The notes under the pieces are model-generated. The model did not search any database and was not told the DNA's origin. It saw only the letters and a program-made list of their open reading frames with translations. Below, piece by piece: positions 1 to 12,539 of a stretch of DNA of 64,000 nt (the stretch's first letter is position 1; the number at the start of each line of letters is the position of its first letter). Source of the stretch: the human T2T-CHM13v2.0 reference genome, Homo sapiens; assembly GCF_009914755.1 (NCBI RefSeq), contig NC_060926.1; one strand, given 5' to 3'. The translations under genes and the position numbers were made by a program.

Positions 1-605
1 CATTATTTCCAATAGACAGGATATGGAATCAACCTAAGTCTTATCTGTAGATGAGGAACGGATAAAGAATTGCACACACACACACACGCACACACACACA
101 CACAATGAAATACTCTTCAGCCTTAACAAAGAAGGAAATTCTGTCACTTGTGACAACATGAATGAACCTGGAGGACATTAGGTTGAGTAAAATAAGCCAA
201 GCACAGAATGACAAATATTGCATGATGTAACTTAGGTATGGAATCTAAAAATGTCAAACTCACAGAAACAGAAAGTAGAATGGTGGTTACCAGGGGCTAC
301 TGGGTGGGGCTGTAGGGGTGGAGGAATGGAAAATGTTGGTCAAAGGGTACAAAAGTTCAGTTAAACAGGAGGAATAAGTTCTGGATATCTATTGTACTAT
401 GTAATGACTGTAGTTAATAATACTGTGTTGCATATTCAAAAATTGCTATGTGTCGATTTTAAATGTTCTCACCACCAAAATATAAATATCTGAGGTGAAG
501 GAGATATTAATTAGTTTGATTTAATCATTTCACAATGCAAATATTAAGTTGCACACTGTAAATATATACAATTTTTAATTGTCAATTAAATATAATTGAA
601 AAATA
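1..605 (+). mobile_element. L1 (L1MA/MB-type) 3' end, with a (CA)n at ~74-104
   Basis: Typical L1 3' motifs: ggaatcaacctaag, gaatgaacctggaggacatta, gtagaatggtggttaccagggg, ggtcaaagggtacaaa. Confidence 0.85.
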
Positions 606-699
606 GAACATAATAAAATATTGGATTATTAACTCTATCAGGAAATGAAGCTTTGAGTAACATTTTACTGTTTATATTTATGGTTTTAGCCACCAAGCA

Positions 700-945
700 A
701 ACATGGTGGTCAAGAACTTGGACTCACATTCAGGTTGCCATAGTCCAAATTCAGGCTTCCCTACTCACTAATGTGTTCTTAAGCAAGAAATAAACTTATT
801 TTGGCTTCCTTTGGTAAAATGGGATTAATAATTGTTCCTATCCTACATTTTATTGTGAAGATTGAATTAATGAAATATACACGTAAAACACTTAAGACAA
901 TTCCTGGCCTTAGTAAGATTTCAACAAAAATGGTCATTATTATGA
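700..945 (+). mobile_element. MIR SINE (degenerate)
   Basis: Core-like gtaaaatgggattaataat...ttgtgaagattgaattaatgaaatatacacgtaaaacacttaagacaattcctggc. Confidence 0.65.
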
Positions 946-2879
946 TGCTTTATTCTGTTACATTTATGGATTATTAGACAGATAAAATTGGACCTCATAT
1001 GTGACCATTCTATTTTCCTTTATTCAAATGGAAAAAGAATGTCAATTCAACATAGGGAAATACTATATATGTATAAATTATTACTTAAATTTATGTTTTT
1101 ACTTAAATATATGTTTATTAAAATCAAGTGTTTAAATTTATATATTAACTTTTACATTTATAACATCTTATTTCTTCTGAAAACAACCAACACAACCCAT
1201 TTCTTATCAGTGATAATTCAAATGGCCTCTTTATTCTTTCCTGAATTTTTCAATCCCAATTCTTCTCTTCTGTTCTTTTTCAGCAGCATCTTGCACAGGG
1301 CTTTATGGAAAAGACTGAGGTGCTGTGGTGAATTTAATCTCCTCTGTTGTTTACTTTAATCTCTTCATCCAGTTACTCTGACTTTTCTCCATGCTTAATG
1401 TTATCCCTCTTGATTTCACAGCTTAACAATTTCTTCTTTGTTCTTGACCCCATCCTAGCCTTCTTATTTCAAAAGTCCCCTCAAGCAAGTTTCTTTTCAC
1501 ATTCTTAATTTCTTATTCTTAATAACTCCTTTTTTATGCCTTCAAGCAAGTATGGCTCTCTCTCATACTGAAAAATGTGCTCTTCCGTTCTATTTTGCTA
1601 CTGTTTTTATTCACTTAACAGTAAATTTCAAACAAGTTTTGTGCACCTAATTCTTTCATTTCTTTACAACCCACCCATTGCTTATCCACTCTTACAGCTG
1701 TACTAGAATTGTAATTTAAATATGTATCATATCAGTTTTTTTGTAACATTGATAATTTATAATATTTAACATATTTTGTAATAGAGTTTTCTTCTTAATA
1801 TTTTACTTTCCTTTTAAAAAGCCTCAGCAAGTTGCCATTGACTTTCGGCATTGTATTTGATACCTCTGGACTCTGGCTACTATCGCCCTTTCTGTATAAA
1901 ATCTGTAACTTGACCAAGGCAAGAACCTCCACCCCAGGCCAACTAATTTTCTCATCTGCTATTGTCCCAACCTGCTTTGCTTTCTCCTATAGGTCAGAGT
2001 CAGGTCCTGCTTGGGTTTGGGCCTTTGCTCATAATTTTCCCTTGCAATTGAAATATTCTCTCACTCCAGGCCAGCCTTTAAAGCCTAATGTAAGTACCAC
2101 CACATCCACGAAGCCTCTGCACATCAACTTCAGATCTCAATGCTGTTAACCTTTTATAAACAAAAAGCAATATAGAATAAATCCTTTTTGGGAGCAGGAG
2201 TCAAAATGCTAGTTGCAGTCTTGCATCTGTCACTTATTTGCTTGGCCAGTGACGTAGCCTTATTAAAAACTCAATTTCTTTATCCAAAAGATGAGGATGT
2301 TTATACCTCCCTGATCTACCTTCTAAGATTGTTGTACATGATAAGTAAAATACTGTGCATAAAAACATTTGTAAAAATTTTAAAAATCTGTTCAAGCTTG
2401 TCATTGTTACCACAGATAAATCGGGTACTACCTTGCTGTCTTGGATTGCTTTTGTATGTTGTTCTCTTATGTTGTTACTGGACTCGGTGTTATTACTTAA
2501 ATTTCTCTGTATTTATTTTGACAACTTAATTAGGTTTTGAATTCTTTGGAAGCGGAGAGTATGAATGGTATTATGAGCAAAGACCCAGAAGGAGCCACCT
2601 CCTAATTATTTTGGAGAGAATTATCTAAGAGGCCTAATTGGACTTGTGCTTCCCATTAAAGTATGATTCATATCAGAGAAGCTTACAGTCTTATTGCTGG
2701 CCACATGGAGATAGTACATAGGAGATACTCGATAGGAATTCTGTCAACTGAAAGAGAGTCAGCAAGACAGTGTAAACATGGTTAGCGTGTCTCAGCTTAC
2801 CCAGCCTGGCTTGGTGTAACCAATATAGACTATGGAAAATAGGAAGTAGACAAAAGGTAGTGGAGATTGGGCTCATGCC

Positions 2880-3380
2880 ATTTTCTTTAATTGAAATACA
2901 ATTTCCATAAAATAAAATACAGATATTTTTAAGTGCATATTACTTTGAGTTTTGACAAATGTATTCCCCTGTCTGGCAACTGCTCCAATTAGGATGTAGA
3001 ATATTTCTATCACCCCAGTACCCTTTTCCTGTCAATCCCTCCTTCTCCCAGAGACAATCACTGTTCCAATTTCTATCACTATAGCTTAGTTTTACCAGTT
3101 CAAAAACTTCACATAAGTAGAATCATAAAGCATGTTACTTTTTTTCCTGGCTTTTGTCACTTAACAGTTTTTTTTTTTAGATTTAACCATTTTGTTGCAT
3201 ATGTAAGTATATCATAACTTTTTGTTGTTGAGTAGCACTCTCCTATATAAGTATGTTATAATAATGTTTCATTTACCTATTGATGAGCATTTGAGTTGTT
3301 CCTAAGTTTTAACTATTATAAAAAAGTTTACTATGAACATTCTTGCATAGGTCTTTTTGTGGGTGTATATTTTCACTACT
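2880..3380 (-). mobile_element. Old L1 (L1MC/ME-type) 3' fragment
   Basis: ttttgacaaatgtatt, tagaatatttctatcacccc, ctatgaacattcttgcataggtctttttgtgg. Confidence 0.7.
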
Positions 3381-3384
3381 CTTA

Positions 3385-4160
3385 AGATTGTCAGACTGGA
3401 TAAAGAGCAAAGTTCAGTGGTATGCTGTTTTCAACACATATTTTAAATATAACACAGACAGGTTGAAAGTAAAAAAATCAGTAAAAGATACAGCATGAAA
3501 ACACTAAGCAAAAGAAAGCTGATATGGCTATATGAATATCAAAAAAGTAGATTTTAAGACAAAGGATACTAACACAGATAAAAATGGTCATTTTATTGGG
3601 GAAAAAAAGGCCAATTTGTAACAAGGCATGACAATCTTAAAAGGGTATAACAAAGTAGAATTTCAAAATCCAAGAAGAAAAAAATGGCAGAATAAAGTAA
3701 AAAGCAGAGAAATCCACAATAATTGTTAGAGATTTTATCAATTTTATCCCAGTAGTTGCTAGAACAAGAAGACAAAAAATCAATGATATAGACAACTTGA
3801 ATAACATTATCAGGGATCAAACCTGCAGACCTAACTGACATTTATAGAATATTATACCCAACAACTTCAGAATATACATTCTTTTCAAATACTCATGGAA
3901 CATTCCACAGGTGGTGTTATGCTAGGCCATAAAATTAGTGACACTTCATTTCAAAGAGTATTTGACTACAATGGAATTAAATTAGAAATCAATTACAATT
4001 AGATATATAGAAAAGGCCCCTTTTTACAAAATTAAGCAACAGACTTCTAAATAATCAATCCATGGATCAAAGAGGGAAATCACACACACACACACACACA
4101 CACACACAAATACAATGCGCTATACGGAGTGATAATTAGAATACAACATGTTAGGAATCT
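3385..4160 (+). mobile_element. L1 ORF2 (endonuclease region) remnant, with a (CA)n at 4081-4108
   Basis: gattgtcagactggataaag, agaaagctgatatggctata, gtagattttaagacaaag, acaacagaatatacattcttttcaaat-like motifs. Confidence 0.75.
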
Positions 4161-6529
4161 CTGTGTTCATGCCTTTAACCATTTCATATTATTTCATAAT
4201 AATCAAGAACTTATTAATCAAATTAGCATTTAATTATCTTCAGATGAAATGAGAAAGAGGGTGGGCAAAATGTAGACTGAAGGCTGAGAATTATAGGAAT
4301 TATGGTCACAATCAGGCAGTGTTTTAACTCTACTGCAATTGTAACAAAGTCATTGGATCTTGGTTCAACCAATGGGAATAGATCCTTTCAAAATGCCAAT
4401 AAATAAAATGCTAAATAAACATTTTGGCAATTTTCTCTTGATAAATCTCTTATAGCAATGTGCATAATGCTTCCATTTTCATCCAATGAAGTACTAGTGA
4501 AAATAGTCTAGATAGTGTTAATATTGATAGAAATTATAACTAAGGAATAAGTTAGATGGTGATTAAAGAGTTGAATAAGCACTCAAAGAAAGTTGTGAAA
4601 TCTCTGTTCTGAGATATGTGACAAAACCATCTGTCTCTGATTTTAGTTTAATCCTTAATGAATATAAGAAGCCTGACTAAATGATCTCTTGGGAGGCCCC
4701 CTTCCAAACACAAAACCCATTATTTTAATTTGCATTGGTTATAGTGCCAACACAAAGAAAAAACACACTCAAGATCTTTTTTATAAAGTAGGGATTTAAT
4801 TCTAAATCTTAGTCATATCTTACAATTTATAAATTCTTTAATGTTGAAAAATATTTTCTTTGTAGAACTAAAACCATTCTCTCTCTCTCCCTCCCTCCCT
4901 CTCTCTCTTTCTCTCTGTCTGTTTGAGAACCCAAAATAAAATGTAGTTTATAATTTGTGATTATGATTTGAACTTTTCAAAAAATGTATGAGTCATTTCT
5001 TGCCCTTTGATAATTTCCAAATGATGATGCTTTGCTTTTGCTTTTAGAGATCAGTCTTTGCTTTTAATTATTTCCATATATTTTGGTTGGGAGTGAGAAA
5101 AATAAACGGAAAATGTCACTCATGAGTGTCAGCCTGGTAATGAATATATAGAATGCAAATGGTCACTTTACTGGGGGAGACGGTAAGTTTTTCTGAGCCT
5201 TTTGCCCTTTTATCTTCTCCAGCCTGCTGTTTTTTCTGTTTTCATTTGTAGATTAAACTGGTGCAGCAATATGGTGGGGTAGAAATCACATGAATCTGAC
5301 ATATGTGGGCTCCTGTATCTGTGCACATGGATAGAGATGCTGGTCAAAATCCAACCATCTTATGAGTTCCAGACATACTTTTAAAATTCACATGCATGAA
5401 GCTATACAAAATATTTTAAAATACAGAATCCAAAATAAAATTTCTTTTTGTATAAAATACTCCTTCTCAATTCATTCCTGTAGGCAAAACTTGATATTTA
5501 ATAATATTAAGAAAAAGAAGAAAATGAATTCGAAATATTTTATTGCTTTACAACACAAAAAAAATGGTTTACTTACTCCCAATAATCTGAATTTATTCCA
5601 ATAGTATATTTATGGATTTAACCAGGAGAGGGATTATCCTTATTCTAAGTAGGGGAGAAAAAATTAAAAAAAAAAAAAAAGAAAGGAAGGAAAAACTCCA
5701 GTGGTCAAGAGATTGAGTGAACCGAGGAACAGAGTGGTTATTTGTTCTCTGTAATGTATTAGGAATGACTGGAAGTAATGGAATATGCTAGTGAATATAG
5801 CTACCCCTATATTGAATAGAAAAATACATTACCAAAACACTTTTCACACACGAAAACAAAAGAACATTTTGTACAAATACCTGATGTGTAGCTATATCAT
5901 TTAGTTGCTACTATTGCCTAGTTTAAAAATTGTACCCTGGTTAAAAACAGAATCCCTTTTCTAATCTTTTAAGATTTCAACAAATATTTCCAGGCATTAA
6001 GGACAGGCAGTATTTTGCCTTGTCCACTTCTCTGACGTCTAGCTGTTTCTAGTTGCTAAATTTGGCTGCTGTACTTTTCATATCCGTAAAGCTGTTCTTG
6101 GGTCCACCCTGCAGGCAGCCATCCAGGTTTGGATTTTTCCGGGCAGCCCGGGCTTGGCTATCCTGCTTTCATCATCCTCCTTCTGTTCTCAAGCCAAGGA
6201 CATAGAATGGCAGAGAGCTCCCCTTTATTTCTGGTATGATTGTTGCTTCTCCGGGTCTGGCTTGGGCTCTGATCTTGACATTTATGTCACAGGTGTCACT
6301 GGTGAAACTGCTGTGAAACCAGATGGCAGGCCTAACTGAGGTTGGCAGCAACTGCTGTTGTCCCCAGTGTCACTGCTACCTGCTCTACTTTCTTATTCCT
6401 GTTGATGTTCTACTGCCTTGTTTTATTGCATTCGTTCAATGTTACCTTCCAACAGGCCTTTTCAAATGTGAACACCATTCCATAACTCTTCTGATGCATT
6501 AATTCCCCATGGAACCCATTCATCTAGGG

Positions 6530-6885
6530 AGGCTCATGACTTGGCTAGATTCTCCACTTTCCTTCAGGGCTTTTGTTAAACCTCATTTCTTCAGCAAGCC
6601 TCTCCATGACCACCCTATCTAAAATTGCAATACATCCTTCTCCTCCCCAACCCTGATTATTTTTTCTCTCTTTTTCATAAATTTTCTTTCCCTGGAGCAA
6701 TTTGTACCACATGTCAGAATCTATATTTGCCTTACTTGGGCATTATCTGTATCCCTCCACTGGGTTACCTAGAATATAAGCTCCACAAGGGCAAGGTTTT
6801 GTCTGTTTGGTTCATTACTGTATCCCAAGCATCTGGAAGAAGACTGGCCCTTAGTAGACATTTCAAAATTTTTGTTAAATGATTA
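6530..6885 (+). mobile_element. L2 3' end
   Basis: accaccctatctaaaattgca...ctagaatataagctccacaagggcaagg...tgtatcccaagcatctggaa. Confidence 0.75.
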
Positions 6886-7033
6886 GCTGGATTGTAAATA
6901 CTGAAAGATTAGGTTTATTGTTTTTGATTTGGTTTCATTCATTGTGCTTAGTACAGTGCTATATGTAAGAGCTTGAAAGACAGAGAAAAGAGCATTAGTA
7001 GTATCTGTTATGTATACTGGATGTTTTACTTGA

Positions 7034-7334
<301 letters not shown>

Positions 7335-8195
7335 AAGTTATACTCTTTAATCCTCACAATAATCTAGGTATTTTGACCAAAGAACCACAGCTAGAAAGTA
7401 GGAGAGTAAGATGTAAACCAGTTTTGTCTGGCTCTAAAATTACTGCCTTTTTTTGTTTGTTTGTTTTGCTCAGAAGAATTGGTCATGCCAAATAGTAATA
7501 AGAGTTCTTCAAAATGAATGATATTTCATAATAAGGTGTAGCTAGAAACAGTTTGCCAAAAATACTTAGGAAAAAAAAAAGATTTGTGAATTAGCTCCCT
7601 AAAAATACAAACGCAACAATTCCAAAAGAAGGAATTCCAAAGTTATTGGGCCATAGTACTTTTGTGTTAAGTGCCTGGCCCTCCAAGGTAACTAATTTTA
7701 ATTTAAAAAAAATGTCTGGACACATATTTTGACATGTTTTGCTGAAAATATATTTATAATATGAGCCCAACAAAGACAAATAGATTCATTCTTGGTGCTA
7801 AAAAATGACAAGAAAACTTCTACGCCATTGCTCTCGAATGCTTTCTTCATTGTAGTCCAAGAAAATTTGATTAGTTGTATTTTAAAAGTAAGCCAGATTT
7901 CACTGGTAAGGTCTTTCCTTACTTCATCTTCTCCCTTGACACCTTTTGATTTGGTTGTACAAATGCAGGTTAGGCCCCATTATTAATTCAGTACCACATA
8001 TTTATGAAGACCCCACATGATGCAATCAGCACTAGAGACTGGAAGTTTTTCATCAAGCCCAGTAAGCCCACAGTAAAAAGGAATCAGTCTCAATCACTCA
8101 TCAGGAAGCTAACATGTTCTGTGACCACCTTCTGGATGTTGAGTTATCTCTAATCCAGAGTTTATGTCAATGATCTTAAAAATTAGTTCAATTCT

Positions 8196-8370
8196 GGATG
8201 GGCGCGGTGGCTCATGCCTATAATCCCAGTACTTTGGAAGGCTGAGGTGGGCGGATCACGAGGTCAGGAGATGGAGACCATCCTGGCTAACATGGTGAAA
8301 CCCCATCTCTACTAAAAATACAAAAAATTAGACAGGTGTCGACAGAGCAAGACTCCGTCTCAAAAAAAAA
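8196..8370 (+). mobile_element. Alu with most of the right arm deleted
   Basis: Left arm and A-linker fused directly to ...gacagagcaagactccgtctc(A)n; TSD aaaattagtt[c/t]aatt. Confidence 0.9.
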
Positions 8371-8606
8371 ATTAGTTTAATTTTGTCTTCATTTTTTCTT
8401 ACTTAGTAAAAGATAATGTAATGCCTGGTGTTTTTTTAAGGCAATCATAGAATCTGGAGGTTGAAAATATTTGGGGAATTATACATTCTAATTATTCAGA
8501 CAGGCATCCTTACTGCAGTATCTGCTAGTAATTGAGGATTATTTCATATTTAAAAATACTCATATTTTTATGCAAATCTCAGAATTTGAACATTGTTACT
8601 TATAAT

Positions 8607-9027
8607 TGTTAAAAAGTAAATTGAGAAACAATAAAATGTTAAAGAGCTTATTTGAGCAAATGGTAATTCTTGAATCAGCTCCAAACCAAAAGTGGTTCTG
8701 AGGCCACTTGAGAGAACTCAAAGAGAAAGCTTTTATAGGGAGAATGTAGAAATAAAGCAAAGGAAATATTTAATTGGTTGCAATTATATAGTTGCCTTAT
8801 TTGGTCTATCTTGCTGAAAAGTTCCTACTTGTATTACTACATGAGTTGGCAGCTTCTGATTGGTTAGCCTTAAGTTTCATTTCTCTTTAGGCATTTATAA
8901 GAAATAGTTCAAGTTGAGTTTTGCATATGTTTGCAAATCAAGCAAAGTTTAGGTTACTTCTGAGGGCCACTTGGATTTGTCTGCTCAGAACTTCTTCAAG
9001 CCTGGTCTGTTTTAATTTACTTCAACA
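8607..9027 (-). mobile_element. ERV1-class solo LTR (MER4-group-like)
   Basis: TG...CA termini; reverse strand reads tgttgaagtaaattaaaacagaccaggcttgaagaagttctgagcagacaaa...cttgatttgcaaacata. Confidence 0.6.
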
Positions 9028-9543
9028 TATTTTATCAACATTTTGCTTTCTATAACATTCATAGTAACCTTAGATCTGCCCTCTAGAATCGACAGAGGCT
9101 ATTTCACCCCCAGCCTCTTTTCAACATGAGAGTTTGCTCAATGCTGCTTCTATTTGAAATCTTCTGTTATTCAGCTCTTTTAATGAATATCTACTTTCTG
9201 CAAGGCATTGCTTTATGTACTGCAAGAGTTACAAAGAGGAGTACATCATAATCTTACTTGAAGGCAATTACTTAAATAGAAAAAATGGTGTGTGAAAAAC
9301 AAATGTTCTTAAGCTTGAAAAAGTGAAAGTGTGTACCCAGCTGGAAGGATGTGAAAGTGTGCATGGAAAATGTATTTGAGATTTAAACTGCTGTTGTCTT
9401 CTGGGTTGAATTGGTGTCATGAACTTCAGGTAGTGAAAATAGCTTAAACAATACCCCTGAAGTGGAAACACAGAGATTAGTGTGAAAATTTAGAAGACCG
9501 TGAGCACATTATATTTTGTGTGTACCATAAGACACTGGTAGAG

Positions 9544-9919
9544 TATATTAGTCCATTTTCTTGCTGCCATAAAGAACTGCCTGAGACTGGAAAATTTACA
9601 AAGGAAAGAGGTTTAATTGATTCTAAGTTTGGCATGACTGGGGAGGCGTCAGGAAACTTACTATCATGGCAAAAGGCAAAGAGGAGGCAAGGCACCTTTT
9701 TCTCCAGGCGGCAGGAAGAAGTGCTGAGCAAAGAGGGGAGAGCCCCTTATAAAATCATCAGATTTTGTAAGAACTCACTCATTATCACAAGAACAGCACT
9801 GGGGAAACCACCCCCATGGTTCAGTTACCTCCACCTAGTCTCTCCCTTGACACTCGGGGATTATGGAGATTACCATTTAAGATGAGATTTGGGTGGGGAC
9901 ACAAAGCCTAATCCTATCA
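9544..9919 (-). mobile_element. MaLR solo LTR (THE1D/MST-like)
   Basis: tattagtccatttt...gagactgg...aaagaggtttaattga...gatgagatttgggtggggacacaaagcctaatcctatca. Confidence 0.9.
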
Positions 9920-9956
9920 TGGGGGTTGGTAAGAGGGAAGACTAGAAAGGAAAGCT

Positions 9957-10330
9957 GGACTAGGCAAAGTGGCTCATGGCCATAATCCCAGCAGTTTGTG
10001 AGGCCAAGGCAGGGGGATTACTTGAGCCAGGAGACCAGCGCTGGCAACATAGTAAAACCCCATCTCTACAAAATGTTAGAAAATTAGACAAGTATGGTGG
10101 TGTGCACTATAGTCCCAGCTACTTAGGAGGCTGAGATGGGAGGATCTCTTGGGCCTGGGAGGTCAAGGTTGCAGTGAGTCTTTATCACAACACTGCACTC
10201 CAGCATAGGCAACAGAGCAGAACCTTGTGAAAAAGAGAGAACGAGAAAAGAAAAAGAAAGAAGTCAAGAAAGAAAGGCAGGCAGGCAGGAAGGAAGGAAG
10301 GAATGAAGGAAGGAAGCAGGGAAGGAAGCA
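9957..10330 (+). mobile_element. AluJ with a GA-rich (AAAG/GAAG) tail
   Basis: Diverged Alu with J-type ggatc..ttgagcc motifs, followed by a purine tract. Confidence 0.85.
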
Positions 10331-10354
10331 TTCTTTACATGCCAGGAAGAGGAA

Positions 10355-10490
10355 TCTTAGTGATGAGAAAACTGAGTCTCTGAGAGTTTGAGCCTCACTC
10401 AAGGTCACTGAGTTGCTAAATGGCAGAACTGGATTTCAATCCCAATAATTTGATTCAAAACCCATACTCTTTCCCATATACCACATTATC
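10355..10490 (-). mobile_element. MIR
   Basis: gatgagaaaactgagtct...caaggtcac...ggcagaactggatttcaatccc. Confidence 0.7.
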
Positions 10491-11079
10491 TAGGAGGTGT
10501 CCCAAGAGTTCTGAAGGGGGAGTTAGCTTCCATCTCAGGAGACGAAGAGAGTCTTCTTAGACCAAATGGTATTTGAGATAATTTTGATAAGTTTATGTTG
10601 AATTCATTGGTTGAGATAGGGAAGACAATTCATTTCAAATGGAAGAAACTGAGCAAAGGTACAAAGGGGAGGAAGTGGAGAGATTGGGAACAGAAAATAA
10701 TTAATCTTTGGTTGAACATCATCAAAAAGGTATAAAGGATGGAAATGAAAGCTAAGATCAGAGCACAAAAGGATAACATATTTGAACTTTTACTTGGACT
10801 TAAATGATAAAGTTTTTAGACAGATTATTATTATAACTACAGCCAAGTTTTTAAAAATATTATATTAGTAATTATATATAAAATAGATGGATGGGAAACA
10901 AACGGAAGAATGGAGATTATCTGTTTAGAGTAACCCAGTTAATTATAATAAAATATTGAATCTGCATGTTGGCAATGGAATGAGAAGGGAAGAGATAGAT
11001 ATGTAATTTCAGAAGCACAATTCACAGAACTTGATAGAGATTAGTGGAAGGAGGAGGGAGATAGATGACATTAATTCTG

Positions 11080-11437
11080 TGATATGATTTGCCTGTGTCC
11101 CACCCAAATCTCATTTTGAATTCCCACGTGTTGTGAGAGGGACCCAGTGGGAGGTAACTGAATCATGTGGGCAGGTGTCTCCCGTGCTGTTCTTGTGATA
11201 GTGAATAAGTCTCATAAGATCCGATGGTTGTATAAGGGGGAGTTTCCGTGCACGAGCCCTTTTTCTTTGCCTGCCACCATTCACGAAATATGTGACTTGC
11301 TCCTTCTTGCCTTCTGCCATGATTGTGAGGCCTCCCCAACCAACAGGTGGAACTGTAAGTCCACTAAACCTCTTTCTTTTTTAAATTGCCCAGTCTCAGG
11401 TATGTCTTTATCAGCAGCGTGAAAACAGACTAATACA
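11080..11437 (+). mobile_element. THE1(A-like) solo LTR
   Basis: tgatatgatttgcctgtgtcccacccaaatctc...gaaaacagactaataca; perfect 5-bp TSD TTCTG (11075-79 / 11438-42). Confidence 0.92.
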
Positions 11438-11789
11438 TTCTGTAAATTTGAATGCAGGAGATAGAACCTTTAAAAGCAATGGTAATTTGTCTTGCAAGGC
11501 CTATGTTTATCTCTACTATGTACTCAGACTATTGTACAGCCTGGACCATAGAAGGTATGCAATACGATTATTTATCTATGTACTCAATCCCTACTCTGTG
11601 CCAGGGATTGTCCTAAGCACTAGCGATAGAGTAAAAAGAAAAGAAAAAACTCTTGTTCTCATTAGTAAAATAAACATCACGTTGCTTCACCCAAACTAGA
11701 TCACCTTAGTCCCTTTTATTGTTATCTCTGTGTCACTCTCCTGGCAGGTGAGTGTTTCTGCTTTTAAGAATCTGTACCTGTGTCTTGCT

Positions 11790-12170
11790 TTAGAGAACTG
11801 TCTTCAGATTATCTGAGTCATTTTTTCCACTCCAGCACCAAGTCTGAAGTGCCGGTGAGTTTACGTGCCCCCACCCATATCCTTAGCGAAGACTGACTAT
11901 TGCAGTCTTGTGAAAGTACAGATCCCTTGCTTCATATAGGGACAAACTCAAATACATAATTTGTACTCCAAAGTTGTCCTGTGGGATCATAATAAAGCCA
12001 CTTCTGTAGGGCTTTGTTGGGAATTACACCTTAGCTTGGCTCCTTCCCCATCCAGACCTGCAGCTTTACCCACTCCTTTCCTGATTGATCCTAGGAGTAC
12101 CTCCTTAACTAATCACTTTCCCATTAAGCCACATCTCAGTGTCTGTCTCTGGGGAACCTGACCTAAGACA
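11790..12170 (+). mobile_element. ERVL-class LTR remnant (LTR16-like)
   Basis: 3' end ctcagtgtctgtctctggggaacctgacctaagaca. Confidence 0.55.
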
Positions 12171-12241
12171 TGTAGTTTACATTGCAATGTACAGAGACAA
12201 ATAATAAACAATATAAATAATTATTAATAAGTTTCATACTA

Positions 12242-12525
12242 GGCCGGGCATGTTGGCTCATGCCTTTAATCCCAGCCAGTTGGGAGGCCAAGGCAGGAGA
12301 ATTGCTTAAAGCCAGGAGTTCAAGACCAGCCTGGCCAACATAGCAAGACCCTCATCTCTACAAATAAAATAAATTAGCCAGGCAAGGTGGCATGTGCCTC
12401 TAGTTCTGGCTACTTGGAATGCTGAGGTGGGAGGATCACTGGAGCCCAGGAGGTCGAGGCTGCAGTGAGCTTTGCCACTACACACTAGTCTGGGCAACAG
12501 AGCAAGACCCTATCTCTAAAAAAAT
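12242..12525 (+). mobile_element. AluJ
   Basis: ggccgggcatgttggctcatgcc...ggaggatcactggagcccaggagg...agcaagaccctatctctaaaa. Confidence 0.92.
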
Positions 12526-12539
12526 AGATATTTTATTAG

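Noticed and set aside
293-325. G-quadruplex-like G-runs (also at ~13655-13690)
   Set aside because: Inside L1 and MER45-type repeats; common and uninformative.
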